DNA of 39,115 nucleotides, taken from Candidatus Stahliibacteriota bacterium (GTDB taxonomy: Bacteria > Hydrothermota > Tepidihabitantia > B3-TA06). The stretch covers positions 1 to 39,115 of the forward strand of contig JAUVJT010000001.1 in assembly GCA_030592225.1 (NCBI GenBank), read 5' to 3'. This document shows positions 9,431 through 18,745 of the stretch, piece by piece. The notes under the pieces are model-generated. The model was not told the DNA's origin. It ran no database searches and worked only from the letters and a program-made list of their open reading frames with translations. The stretch's first letter is position 1. The number at the start of each line of letters is the position of its first letter. The position numbers and the translations under genes are program-made.

Positions 9431-9495
9431 TCGACCTCCTTAGTCAAACACATCTTACCTGAGACGGAACGCGTGTCAACCCCTTGAGGGAAACT

Positions 9496-9523
9496 TTGAC
9501 AGCTTCCGAATTGTGGTTACAAT
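9496..9523 (+). promoter_or_regulatory. sigma70-type promoter of mfd (near-leaderless)
   Basis: TTGACA (9496-9501), 16 nt spacer, TACAAT (9518-9523). Only 9 nt (CCCTTCTCC, no SD) separate the -10 from the ATG at 9533. Confidence 0.5.
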
Positions 9524-9532
9524 CCCTTCTCC

Positions 9533-12454
9533 ATGAGCAAACATCTTACCAAGAGAGACCTCTACGAACGCTGGCTCCAGGCTGAGACTTTAAGGAAGTT
9601 TCTGGAAGCAGAACCGGCTCCTGTCTCCGTCTCAGGATTACCCGGTGCGGCGCGCGCCTTCTTTCTTGCGGCATTGAAGGAACACGGCAGGGAAATACTA
9701 TATCTTGCCAAAGACGATGACCAGGTGGAAACGCTGCTGCTGGATTTGCAAAACCTGGGCCGCGCCGGGGTGCTAGCCATCCGCAGAAGCCATGACCTCA
9801 ATGTACTGCGGCTCGACTCCAGCGTTCCCCGATTAATTATATGCTCGGTGACGTTAGCACAACAGGGCATGGCATGGAAGCAAAGCCGCCCCGCGCTTTA
9901 TTTTGAACCCTCAGGTGAGGTTGAGCTTGACGCTTCAGTGAGCTGGCTTGTCGACAATGGTTTCCAGCGCGAGACCCTGGTGACCGAACCTGCAGAGTTC
10001 GCCCAGAGAGGAGGGATTCTGGATGTATTCTCTCCGTTATGGCAGGAACCGGTAAGGATCGAGTTTGAGGGTGACCGGGTGCTGTCCATAAGACGATTCG
10101 ATCCCCTTACCCAGCGTTCCAGGGAAATCATTTCGTCTATTGACGTCATTTCCAACAAGCCGCCTGACGGCGAGGAGGGCGAGGACGGCGGTCCAACGAT
10201 TCGAGAATTCCTGGGTGATTCGCTGGTAATCTCGGCAATGCCTGAGGTTTCACCCGATATATTGATTACCGATCGTGCAGCGGCGTTCGATTTCGGCTTC
10301 GCGCCGGCAAAGAAGGTGCTGGGGCATTTCGACGGCCTACAGGAGCTTGAATCACAGGGACTTGAGCTTTTCTTTGCTACGGATCCGGAACACGGCCAAC
10401 ACTACCTTTCGCATCATTTGAAGAATTTCAATCTGGTGGATGCCGCGCTTTCCGCAGGCTGGGTGGATAGAATGGCTGGCTACGCCGTCTTCACCGACAA
10501 CGAGTTGTTCGGCATCCGGCACAAACGCAGAATACCCAGGCACTTCAAGGGAATACCCCGCGACGCCCTGCACGAGCTTCATAACGGCAACTACGTGGTT
10601 CACATAGATTACGGCATCGGAGTATTCCAGGGCCTGGAAAGATTAAAGATAGGCGAGCAGGAAAAGGAGTTTCTGAAGATTTCCTACGGGGGAACCGATG
10701 TGCTTTACCTGCCTGTTGAGAATCTGGGATTGCTTGATCGCTACATTGGAGCTGAGGGCAGAGCGCCGCGTGTCAATCGGCTGGGTTCACAGCGCTGGAA
10801 GCTTGTCCGCAAGCGCGCCCGCAAGGCGGCATACGATTACGCGCAGGAGCTTTTGGCCCTGTACGCCAGACGCTCGGTGCTCCGCGGTCATTCGTTTGGA
10901 CGTCATCCTGACGAGATGGAGTGGATTCAGTTGACCTTTCCCTACGAGGAAACAGCCGATCAGCTCAGCGCCATTAAGTCCATCGCGGCCGATATGGAAT
11001 CGGTAAATCCCATGGACCGCCTGGTTTGCGGCGAGGTGGGCTACGGCAAAACCGAGGTCGCTCTGCGCGCCGCGCTGAAGGCGGCCCTGGATTCAAAACA
11101 GGTGGCCATGATGGCGCCGACCACCATCCTGGCTCTGCAGCACTACCGCACCTTCAAGCAGCGACTCAAAGATCTCCCAATAAGAATCGGGATGCTCTCG
11201 CGATTCGTTTCTTCGACAGACCGGCGCAAGGTGCTGGCCGATCTCGATGCAGGCAAGATAGACGTACTCATAGGAACCCATGCCCTGATTGCGGATTCGG
11301 TCTCCTACAACGACCTGGGACTTTTGATAATAGACGACGAGCACCGCTTCGGGGTAAGACAAAAGGAGAAGATTCGCCGGAAGAAAGCCGAGGTGGATAC
11401 CCTGACGCTCACCGCCACCCCCATCCCCCGCACCCTTTACATGAGCCTGGTCGGGATAAGGGACGTGTCCCGCATAGAGACCCCGCCGGTGGGACGCAAG
11501 GACGTGCAGACCCAGGTATCTGGCTGGTCTGATGAACTGGTTGCCGAATGGGTGCTGCGCGAGCGTTCAAGGGGCGGGTTGACGCTCTTTGTTCATAACC
11601 GGATAGAAACCATTGATTCGGTGCGCCGCAGGCTGGAGAGACTGCTGCCCGGACTCCGGATGCAAGTAGCCCACGGCCAGATGCCGGAGCGCGAGCTTGC
11701 AAGCATCTACGATACCTTTCTGGAACACAAAACCGACGTGTTGATTGCCACCGCCATCCTGGAGGCGGGGATCGATATACCTGATTTGAATACCATCATC
11801 ATTGACAGGGCCGATTTGTTCGGGCTTGCCGATCTGCATCAACTGCGCGGCCGGGTGGGCAGAAGCCGGCGTCAGGGTTACGCCCTGTTCATAGTGCCCT
11901 CAAAAACCACTGACGAGGCAAAAAAACGCCTGGCCGCCATCCGCGCCTACGCCGAGCTGGGCGCCGGATACAGATTAGCCGTCAGGGACATGGAGATGCG
12001 CGGGGTGGGCAACCTGTTGGGTACGGAACAGCACGGCCACGTTAACTCTATAGGCTTCACCCTGTACACCAAACTGCTCGCCGAGGCGGTGGCCAGACTG
12101 AAGGGCGAGGAGTGGCTCGATGAGCCGCTGCTGGAGATTGAGCACGGAGCCTGGCTGCCGGAGAGTTATATTGATGATTCGGCGGAGCGCGTGTCGCTGT
12201 ACAAACGGCTGCTCTCGGTTGAGGATGAACGAAAGGTGGATGAGTTAAAGGCCGAGCTTGAAGACCGCTTCGGCAAAATGCCCGCCTCCGCTTTGAAGAT
12301 ATTGGACATCGCGCGCGTAAGGGCGCTTGCAAGAAAGAAGAAGGTAACCAAGGTCAATTTCCGTAACGACACCTGGTTCATATTAACCGCCGAGCGTACC
12401 ACAAGAGGAACCGGGAAGTTTGAGACGCTGCTGGATCAACTAAGGAGAATGTAG
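9533..12454 (+). CDS. mfd: Transcription-repair coupling factor Mfd
   Basis: RNAP-interacting region [17 protein letters not shown]. Superfamily-2 motifs [36 protein letters not shown] and [10 protein letters not shown]. The C-terminal TRCF domain is present. At 973 aa it is compact, with a shortened N-terminal module. Confidence 0.95.
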   Translation: MSKHLTKRDLYERWLQAETLRKFLEAEPAPVSVSGLPGAARAFFLAALKEHGREILYLAKDDDQVETLLLDLQNLGRAGVLAIRRSHDLNVLRLDSSVPRLIICSVTLAQQGMAWKQSRPALYFEPSGEVELDASVSWLVDNGFQRETLVTEPAEFAQRGGILDVFSPLWQEPVRIEFEGDRVLSIRRFDPLTQRSREIISSIDVISNKPPDGEEGEDGGPTIREFLGDSLVISAMPEVSPDILITDRAAAFDFGFAPAKKVLGHFDGLQELESQGLELFFATDPEHGQHYLSHHLKNFNLVDAALSAGWVDRMAGYAVFTDNELFGIRHKRRIPRHFKGIPRDALHELHNGNYVVHIDYGIGVFQGLERLKIGEQEKEFLKISYGGTDVLYLPVENLGLLDRYIGAEGRAPRVNRLGSQRWKLVRKRARKAAYDYAQELLALYARRSVLRGHSFGRHPDEMEWIQLTFPYEETADQLSAIKSIAADMESVNPMDRLVCGEVGYGKTEVALRAALKAALDSKQVAMMAPTTILALQHYRTFKQRLKDLPIRIGMLSRFVSSTDRRKVLADLDAGKIDVLIGTHALIADSVSYNDLGLLIIDDEHRFGVRQKEKIRRKKAEVDTLTLTATPIPRTLYMSLVGIRDVSRIETPPVGRKDVQTQVSGWSDELVAEWVLRERSRGGLTLFVHNRIETIDSVRRRLERLLPGLRMQVAHGQMPERELASIYDTFLEHKTDVLIATAILEAGIDIPDLNTIIIDRADLFGLADLHQLRGRVGRSRRQGYALFIVPSKTTDEAKKRLAAIRAYAELGAGYRLAVRDMEMRGVGNLLGTEQHGHVNSIGFTLYTKLLAEAVARLKGEEWLDEPLLEIEHGAWLPESYIDDSAERVSLYKRLLSVEDERKVDELKAELEDRFGKMPASALKILDIARVRALARKKKVTKVNFRNDTWFILTAERTTRGTGKFETLLDQLRRM

Positions 12455-12491
12455 TGCGAACCTTTAGGTTCGCGCATGGAGAGGTACGGTA

Positions 12492-13244
12492 TTGAAGGCC
12501 GCACTTGTATCGAATCTGATAACCAATGATTTCCCAGCCAACCAGCGAAGGATTCTCAGGCTAGCTGAGGAAGCGGTGACTAAGGGCGCAGGATTCATCG
12601 TATTCCCCGAAGCGGCGGCAACTGGACTTGTCAATACCGGCGAGCCGGAGCATGACCTGAAGATTGCCGAGAAGATAGGAGGTCCGAGGAACAGCGAGTG
12701 GCAGGACTTCGCAAGGAAAAATGAGACCTACTTTGCGGCGGGTCTGCTGGAGAAAGAAGATGGCAGGATGTACGACTCGGGTGTGCTGTTCGACCCGCAG
12801 GGAGAGTTGATTCTTCACTACCGCCGCATTCATCCCGGGTGGCGCTGGCCTGATGATGACCCCCAGATATACTGCACAGGCAAGGACTTGCCTGTGGTCG
12901 AGACAGACATCGGTAAAGTCGGGATGCTTATCTGCGGCGATCTGTGGAACGATGACATCATTACACGATTCGCCGGACAAAAACCAGATTATCTCCTTTA
13001 CCCTTTTCTCCGCAGCCTGAAGAAAAACGTTGTTGTTAATGATGTATGGCCGCACGAGCTCCAATGCTACTGCCAGCGCTGGAAACAAACCAATGCTTTA
13101 ACCCTGGCGATGAATTTATATGGGGGACCCGAACCGGAACGCGCCATCGGCGGCGCTTGGTGTGTTGCAAGAGATGGTGGAATTATCAACTCTCTGCCTG
13201 TTCTGCGGGAAGGCATCCTGCTGGTTGACCTGCCCCTCGCTTGA
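12492..13244 (+). CDS. Carbon-nitrogen hydrolase (nitrilase superfamily) protein
   Basis: GFIVFPEAAATG (catalytic Glu context) and GMLICGDLW (catalytic Cys context). TTG start with GGAGAGG upstream. See the finding on the Lys position. Confidence 0.8.
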   Translation: MKAALVSNLITNDFPANQRRILRLAEEAVTKGAGFIVFPEAAATGLVNTGEPEHDLKIAEKIGGPRNSEWQDFARKNETYFAAGLLEKEDGRMYDSGVLFDPQGELILHYRRIHPGWRWPDDDPQIYCTGKDLPVVETDIGKVGMLICGDLWNDDIITRFAGQKPDYLLYPFLRSLKKNVVVNDVWPHELQCYCQRWKQTNALTLAMNLYGGPEPERAIGGAWCVARDGGIINSLPVLREGILLVDLPLA

Positions 13245-13269
13245 CACAACACCCTCTCGGAGTTAGACT
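13241..13269 (+). promoter_or_regulatory. sigma70-type promoter of argS
   Basis: TTGACA (13241-13246, overlapping the upstream stop), 17 nt spacer, TAGACT (13264-13269). RBS AGAGGAG then the TTG start at 13288. Confidence 0.45.
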
Positions 13270-13287
13270 TCCCAAAGAGGAGAAAGA

Positions 13288-15012
13288 TTGAACTACGTTC
13301 TGGATAGGATTTACCAACAGGTTGAGAAACTGGCAACAGATGAATTCGGGGAACCAACCCCTGAAGTTCGTCGCCCGCCCAAGGGATCGCAGGCGATATA
13401 TGCCGTACCATGCTTTCAGTATGCGAAAACGAAGGGCGTTAACCCCATGCAGTTGGCGGAACGAGTTGCAGCCAGGTGGAGCAAGGGGCTGACTGACGAA
13501 GGGTTAATCGAGCGGTTCGAAGCCGCCCGGGGCTACGTCAACGTCTTCGCCAACCAGCAGAAACTGCTTGCCGGGATACTGCAGGATGCAGAATCCGCAG
13601 GTGAATGCTACGGCACCCATGCCGACCGCGGCCAGACCGTGGTGGTGGACTACTGTTCCCCGAACATCGCCAAGCCGCTCTCTGTGGGTCATCTGCGTTC
13701 TACGATTATCGGCCAGGCGCTCATAAACATACTCAGGGCCAGGGGATACAAAGTGGTGGGCATCAACTTTTTATCGGATTGGGGCACCCAGTTCGGCAAG
13801 CTGTTGTACGCATTCGAACAGTGGGGGGAGGAGGAGAAGTTTACCGCAGATCCCATCGGGCATCTGTTAGATCTTTACGTACACTTCCACAAGGAGTTGA
13901 AGGAAAACCCCACACTGGAGGATAAAGGCAGGACGACGTTCAGAAAATTAGAGCAGGGGGAGGCCAAAGAGCGAGTGCTCTGGAAGCGATTCCGTGAGGA
14001 GAGTTTGAACTCCTTCGAGAAAACGGTGGGCAGACTGGGCGTTCATTTTGACCACAACTGGTACGAGAGCGAGTTTGAGAAAAAAGCGCACGATTTAATT
14101 GACAGTCTGTTGGAACAAGGGATAGCGGAGCATTCGGAAGGTGCGGTTATTATCAGGACATTTGAGGACGAGAATAAGCCGCCGCTGGTGGCCCGCAAGT
14201 CGGACGGCACCACGCTTTACGCATCAAGGGATCTGGCTTCGGCTTTGGAGAGGATTGAGAAGTTCTCGCCTGTCTCTAAATTGATATACGCGGTAGCCAC
14301 CGAACAGAATCTGCACTTCGCAAATCTGGCAAAGGCGCTGGAGAGGATAGGATTTCCTGATGTCCTCGAGCACGTCCGGTTCGGTATGGTTTCACTTCCG
14401 GAGGGAAAGATTTCTACAAGGGAAGGTCGGGTGGTCTATCTGGATGAGCTTCTGGACGAGGCAGAACGACGTGCCGCAGAGATTATAACGGAGAAAAATC
14501 CGGACATGGCAGCCGACACCAGAGCTGAGGTCGCAAGACGCGTGGGCATAGGCTCGGTGATATACGCGGACCTGTCACAGGATCGCATCAAGGACATAGT
14601 GTTTGATTGGAAAAGGATGCTGGCCTTCGAGGGCAACAGCGCCCCTTACCTGCAGTACGCCGCGGTGCGGTGCGCCAGGATACTACAGAAAGCGGGTTTG
14701 CCGACCGGCGAGTGGGTTCAAGGGACTGATAGCGCCAAGCTGGAGGAGCCGGAAAGCATCGAATTGGTGATGGCGCTGGGGCGTTTTCCTCAGGCGATTG
14801 CCGAGGCCGCCGAGCGTTATGCCCCGCACGTGCTGGCCGGGTATCTGTACGACGTGGCAGGCTCGCTGAGCCGCTTCTACACCCAGGTGTCGGTGCTGAA
14901 GGCTGCCGGCGAGGCCACCAGATTGACCCGTCTCGGCCTGGTTCAGGCAACCGAATCTGTACTCCGGAGAGGCCTGGCCCTGCTGGGTATCCAAACCCCC
15001 GAGGTGATGTAG
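13288..15012 (+). CDS. argS: Arginine--tRNA ligase
   Basis: Class I signature SPNIAKPLSVGHLRSTIIG (HIGH-type), ArgRS-typical body, and the C-terminal anticodon-binding DALR region ending LLGIQTPEVM. Confidence 0.95.
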   Translation: MNYVLDRIYQQVEKLATDEFGEPTPEVRRPPKGSQAIYAVPCFQYAKTKGVNPMQLAERVAARWSKGLTDEGLIERFEAARGYVNVFANQQKLLAGILQDAESAGECYGTHADRGQTVVVDYCSPNIAKPLSVGHLRSTIIGQALINILRARGYKVVGINFLSDWGTQFGKLLYAFEQWGEEEKFTADPIGHLLDLYVHFHKELKENPTLEDKGRTTFRKLEQGEAKERVLWKRFREESLNSFEKTVGRLGVHFDHNWYESEFEKKAHDLIDSLLEQGIAEHSEGAVIIRTFEDENKPPLVARKSDGTTLYASRDLASALERIEKFSPVSKLIYAVATEQNLHFANLAKALERIGFPDVLEHVRFGMVSLPEGKISTREGRVVYLDELLDEAERRAAEIITEKNPDMAADTRAEVARRVGIGSVIYADLSQDRIKDIVFDWKRMLAFEGNSAPYLQYAAVRCARILQKAGLPTGEWVQGTDSAKLEEPESIELVMALGRFPQAIAEAAERYAPHVLAGYLYDVAGSLSRFYTQVSVLKAAGEATRLTRLGLVQATESVLRRGLALLGIQTPEVM

Positions 15013-15133
15013 CCTGCACCCTTGCAATGCTGCTCCGGAGAATACGGTAATGCTAAGATGCGCGCCCTCTTTTCCCCCTGTCTTTCCGGCACGCAGACCC
15101 AAGCGCTTGACAATCAACAGGCGGCAGCGCCGT

Positions 15134-15161
15134 ATTGACAAATCGTCGGTTTCGCCTACAC
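15134..15161 (+). promoter_or_regulatory. sigma70-type promoter of the phosphorelay/EF-G operon
   Basis: TTGACA (15134-15139), 16 nt spacer, TACACT (15156-15161, overlapping a TATAAT at 15161-15166). Confidence 0.4.
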
Positions 15162-15206
15162 TATAATTCTAGTAATTTTGAATATCCAGCCATTCAAGGA
15201 GGTCTG

Positions 15207-16748
15207 GTGAACGCCAAAGATAAACGCATGCAGGAACTCATCGAAGCCGCCAATCTCAAGTCGCAGTTTCTTGCCAACATGAGTCATGAGCTGCGTACTC
15301 CCTTGAACTCCATTATCGGCTTCAGCGAACTCCTCATGGACGGCCTGGTGGGTGAACTCGCCGACAAGCAGGGTCATTACATGAAAATCATCCATTCCTC
15401 CGGCATAAACCTTCTGCGGCTGGTCAATGACATCCTGGACTTTTCGAAACTCGAGGCGGGCATGCTTGAGGTTTTTAATGAACCCACATATCTAGGGGAG
15501 GTGGTCAAAGACGTTTTGCGTGCCTACGACGTGGTCTCGGAACAAAAGGATCTCGAGATAAAGGTAGACATCCCTGCGGATATGCCGCCCATGATCACTG
15601 ACAGGCGCAAACTGGCACAGATAATTGACAACCTTTTGTCCAACGCCATAAAATTCACCGAACATGGCCGGGTGGAGATTGCGGCCAGACGTGAGGGCGA
15701 GCAGTTTATACTGAAGATTGCAGATACCGGCATAGGTATCGAGTCGCAGGATATGCCTCACATCTTTGATCCGTTCCAGCAGGTTGATTCATCAACCACG
15801 AGGCGTTACGAGGGAACCGGACTCGGCCTGGCCCTGGTTAAGAAATTGCTGGAGATTCAGAATGGAGCAATAGAAGCCGAAAGCACGCCCGGGCACGGGT
15901 CCATATTCACGTTCAAACTGCCGTTCGATGAGTTCAAACCGGAAGAGGTATCTTCAAAAGAGGAGTTGGTCCATAAGCTTCCCGAACCAGGTGATCGCCC
16001 CATACTGGTAGTGGAAGACAATCCTCTGGCGGCGAACCTGATGTCTGTGTGGCTTTCGGAAGCAGGCTACAAGGTTGAGGTGGCATCCACCGGAGAGGAA
16101 GCCCTGCAAAAGGCGGTGAGCATTGATCCGGCCGTCATCACCCTGGACATTCTGCTTCCCCAGATGGATGGCTGGCGGGTGCTGCATCGCCTCAAGGAGA
16201 TACCCAAAACCAAGAATACCCCAATCATTGTGGTTTCTATAGTTGAGGACCGGAGCTTCGGTCTCTCACTGGGGGCGGTGGATTACATGATCAAGCCTGT
16301 GTCTCGCACCAATCTCATCTCCAAGATAGAAAAACTCTCCAGAACCAGAGGCAGGCCGCACCGGATACTGGTGATTGACGACAATCCGGCGGACGTAAGT
16401 TTAATAGAGGAAATACTTCGCCTGGACGGCTACGAGGTACTCAAGGCTTCAGGAGGTGTGGAAGGCTTGAAAACGGCGCGCAGCGAGAAACCCGACCTGG
16501 TGATTCTCGACCTTATGATGCCCGACCTGGACGGTTTTGACGTAATGAGACTTCTTGCCTCGGATGAGACGACGAGAGAATTGCCGGTCATCCTCTTTAC
16601 TGCCAAGGACTTAACCGAAATAGATCGCGCCAATCTGGGTGAGAATATCCACGAAATCTTCGGCAAGGCACAGCTGAATAGAGACTCGCTTCGCGCCAAG
16701 ATCGCAGATCTTCTCGGTCAGGGGAAATTAAAAGAAGGCAACCGATGA
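15207..16748 (+). CDS. Hybrid sensor histidine kinase (coiled coil - HisKA - HATPase_c - REC - REC) with no recognisable sensor or TM domain
   Basis: H-box FLANMSHELRTPLNSI, N-box DNLLSNAIKFT, G-boxes DTGIGI / GTGLGLALV. Two receiver domains follow (ILVVEDNP..TLDILLPQMDG and ILVIDDNP..ILDLMMPDLDG). I prefer the GTG at 15207, 4 nt after AAGGAGG (15196-15202). The track start at 15135 and the ATG at 15228 are alternatives. Confidence 0.9.
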   Translation: MNAKDKRMQELIEAANLKSQFLANMSHELRTPLNSIIGFSELLMDGLVGELADKQGHYMKIIHSSGINLLRLVNDILDFSKLEAGMLEVFNEPTYLGEVVKDVLRAYDVVSEQKDLEIKVDIPADMPPMITDRRKLAQIIDNLLSNAIKFTEHGRVEIAARREGEQFILKIADTGIGIESQDMPHIFDPFQQVDSSTTRRYEGTGLGLALVKKLLEIQNGAIEAESTPGHGSIFTFKLPFDEFKPEEVSSKEELVHKLPEPGDRPILVVEDNPLAANLMSVWLSEAGYKVEVASTGEEALQKAVSIDPAVITLDILLPQMDGWRVLHRLKEIPKTKNTPIIVVSIVEDRSFGLSLGAVDYMIKPVSRTNLISKIEKLSRTRGRPHRILVIDDNPADVSLIEEILRLDGYEVLKASGGVEGLKTARSEKPDLVILDLMMPDLDGFDVMRLLASDETTRELPVILFTAKDLTEIDRANLGENIHEIFGKAQLNRDSLRAKIADLLGQGKLKEGNR

Positions 16749-17125
16749 GCCGGATACTGGTGATTGAAGACAACGAAGGAAATCTGGAGCTTATAAAGGT
16801 AGTTCTGGAAATGGCGGGGCACGAAGTGATAGGTGCGGCGAGCGCTGACGTTGGATTGTTAGCGGCCAGAAAAGCCCGTCCCGATCTTATACTTATGGAT
16901 ATGCATCTGCCCGGAATGGACGGCTACGAGGCGACGCGAATAATAAAGAGAGACGAGACCTTAAAGGATATTCCGGTAATCGCGGTCACCGCTATCATCG
17001 ATCACAAGGATGAAGAAGAGGTTCGCAATTGCGGCTGCAATGGATTCATCGCCAAACCCATAGATACCCGCAAGCTGCCTGATCAGATAGCCGGTTTCAT
17101 CGAAGAAAGGACGCAGGGAGCATGA
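16745..17125 (+). CDS. Single-domain response regulator (CheY-like receiver)
   Basis: ILVIEDNEGN...LILMDMHLPGMDG...AVTA...KP receiver signature. The ATGA start overlaps the kinase stop. Confidence 0.9.
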   Translation: MSRILVIEDNEGNLELIKVVLEMAGHEVIGAASADVGLLAARKARPDLILMDMHLPGMDGYEATRIIKRDETLKDIPVIAVTAIIDHKDEEEVRNCGCNGFIAKPIDTRKLPDQIAGFIEERTQGA

Positions 17126-18738
17126 ACGAGCAAAAACCCATCCCCCTCATACTGGTAGTTGATGATGATCCGCATCTTTTGAACCTTCTGGATCTGCGCC
17201 TTGCCGAACAGAAATTCAACGTAATGCTGGCTTCCTCCGCCCGGGAAGCGCTAAAGAAAGTAGAAGACAGGCAGCCGGACATAGTTATCGCCGACATCAT
17301 GATGCCCGGTATGGACGGCTATGAGTTGTGTAAACACGTCCGGGCAAACGAAAAACTGCACAACACCCCCTTTATATTCCTGTCCGCCCTGGCCGACACC
17401 CAGGATAAGGTCAAGGGTCTGCGGCTGGGTGCGGACGATTACCTTACAAAACCGTTCGAGTTCCACGAGCTTCTGGCACGAATAGAGATTCTTCTTGACC
17501 GCTACTCGCGCTACCAGGAGACCTTTGAAACCGATACCGAGATTGCCACCCAGGGGAAGATTGAGGATCTGGGGGTGATTGATCTTTTGCAGATGCTTTC
17601 CTTCGGACAAAAAACGGGCGAGGTGCATCTTGAGTCGGATGAGGAGAAAGGCTTTCTTTACCTGATGACCGGTAAGCTCATAGCTGCAACCTACGGGAAC
17701 AAACACGGAAAAGCCGCTCTGCCCAGCCTTCTTTCATGGACCCACGGCAAATTCAGCGTCAGGCTTACCGAGAGTCTCTCCGTGATCCCCACCATCGAGC
17801 ACCAGACCGACGAGGCCATCTTTGAAGCCTTAAGGGAACTGGACGAGGTCGAACGCATCAAGCAGGAACTCGATGAAAAATCGATACCGGTGTTTTCTAC
17901 AAAACCCGCTCCCGACACAAACCTTCACAAAATTCTGCTTCAGCTCGTAGACGGCGATCGCAATCTCGGCGAAGTCTTGCTGGCAAGCCCGTTCTCCGGC
18001 TTTGAGACCGCCAAGGGAATAAAGAAGTTGATGGCCGAAGGGCATATCAGTTTGGGCTCCGTGGGAACTCCGCCTCTACCCGGGGAGGCCCCGGAAACTC
18101 CTGCTGAGACTTCGGAGCCGACCCTGTCTGAAGCGGCCCGGGAATGGGAGCCTTTGATGCCCGGGGAAGTAAAAGCGGGCGATGAGGCTGCTATAGAGAA
18201 AACCGAGGTAAGGAAAGATGAAGCCCCGAAGGAAGAGCCTTGCGCTCCAACGGAAATCGAGACCCCTGGGCCGCAACCAAAGCCTCAAGAGTTCAACCTG
18301 ATCGTTATCGGTACGGACCGCGATTCCCGCAATACCTTTATCCATGCGCTCTCCGGAGAAGAGGAAGCGGAAGATAAAAGGGAGAAGGTGCTGAATTTCG
18401 GAAGAATTATCGTTGCCGGCCACCAGCTTAATCTGTACGGACTGCCCGGAGCAAAGCGCTTCGCCCCGCTCTGGCAGACCTTTATCCACAGGGTGCACGG
18501 AATGATACTTCTGGCTGACGCCGACATTGACGAAGAGGTGGAAAACCTGCGATTTGCGTCCTCCCTCCTGGGGCCGCGTATCAGCGGACCTAAGATTGTA
18601 ATAAACACCAATCCCACCCGGCCGGATATGGATTTCGATTCCGAAACGCATGGGGTTGAGATTATTACCTGCCTGCCTGCCGATCGGCCCAAAGCGAAAG
18701 AAATCACCAACCGGCTGCTTTCACAACTTCTCCGTTAA
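17122..18738 (+). CDS. Response-regulator fusion: REC + DUF4388/PATAN-like domain + Pro/Glu-rich linker + MglA/COG2229-like small-GTPase domain with degenerate nucleotide-binding motifs
   Basis: REC: [32 protein letters not shown]4388-like: [59 protein letters not shown]-terminal: [44 protein letters not shown], which is collinear with COG2229 GTPases. The ATGA start overlaps the upstream stop. Confidence 0.75.
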   Translation: MNEQKPIPLILVVDDDPHLLNLLDLRLAEQKFNVMLASSAREALKKVEDRQPDIVIADIMMPGMDGYELCKHVRANEKLHNTPFIFLSALADTQDKVKGLRLGADDYLTKPFEFHELLARIEILLDRYSRYQETFETDTEIATQGKIEDLGVIDLLQMLSFGQKTGEVHLESDEEKGFLYLMTGKLIAATYGNKHGKAALPSLLSWTHGKFSVRLTESLSVIPTIEHQTDEAIFEALRELDEVERIKQELDEKSIPVFSTKPAPDTNLHKILLQLVDGDRNLGEVLLASPFSGFETAKGIKKLMAEGHISLGSVGTPPLPGEAPETPAETSEPTLSEAAREWEPLMPGEVKAGDEAAIEKTEVRKDEAPKEEPCAPTEIETPGPQPKPQEFNLIVIGTDRDSRNTFIHALSGEEEAEDKREKVLNFGRIIVAGHQLNLYGLPGAKRFAPLWQTFIHRVHGMILLADADIDEEVENLRFASSLLGPRISGPKIVINTNPTRPDMDFDSETHGVEIITCLPADRPKAKEITNRLLSQLLR

Positions 18739-18745
18739 TTGCAAA

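Noticed and set aside
12456-12473. GCGAACC-TTTA-GGTTCGC hairpin between mfd and the C-N hydrolase gene
   Set aside because: The stem is 7 bp with no U-tract and lies 19 nt before the next start codon. It could be a weak attenuator, but there is not enough evidence to call it a terminator.
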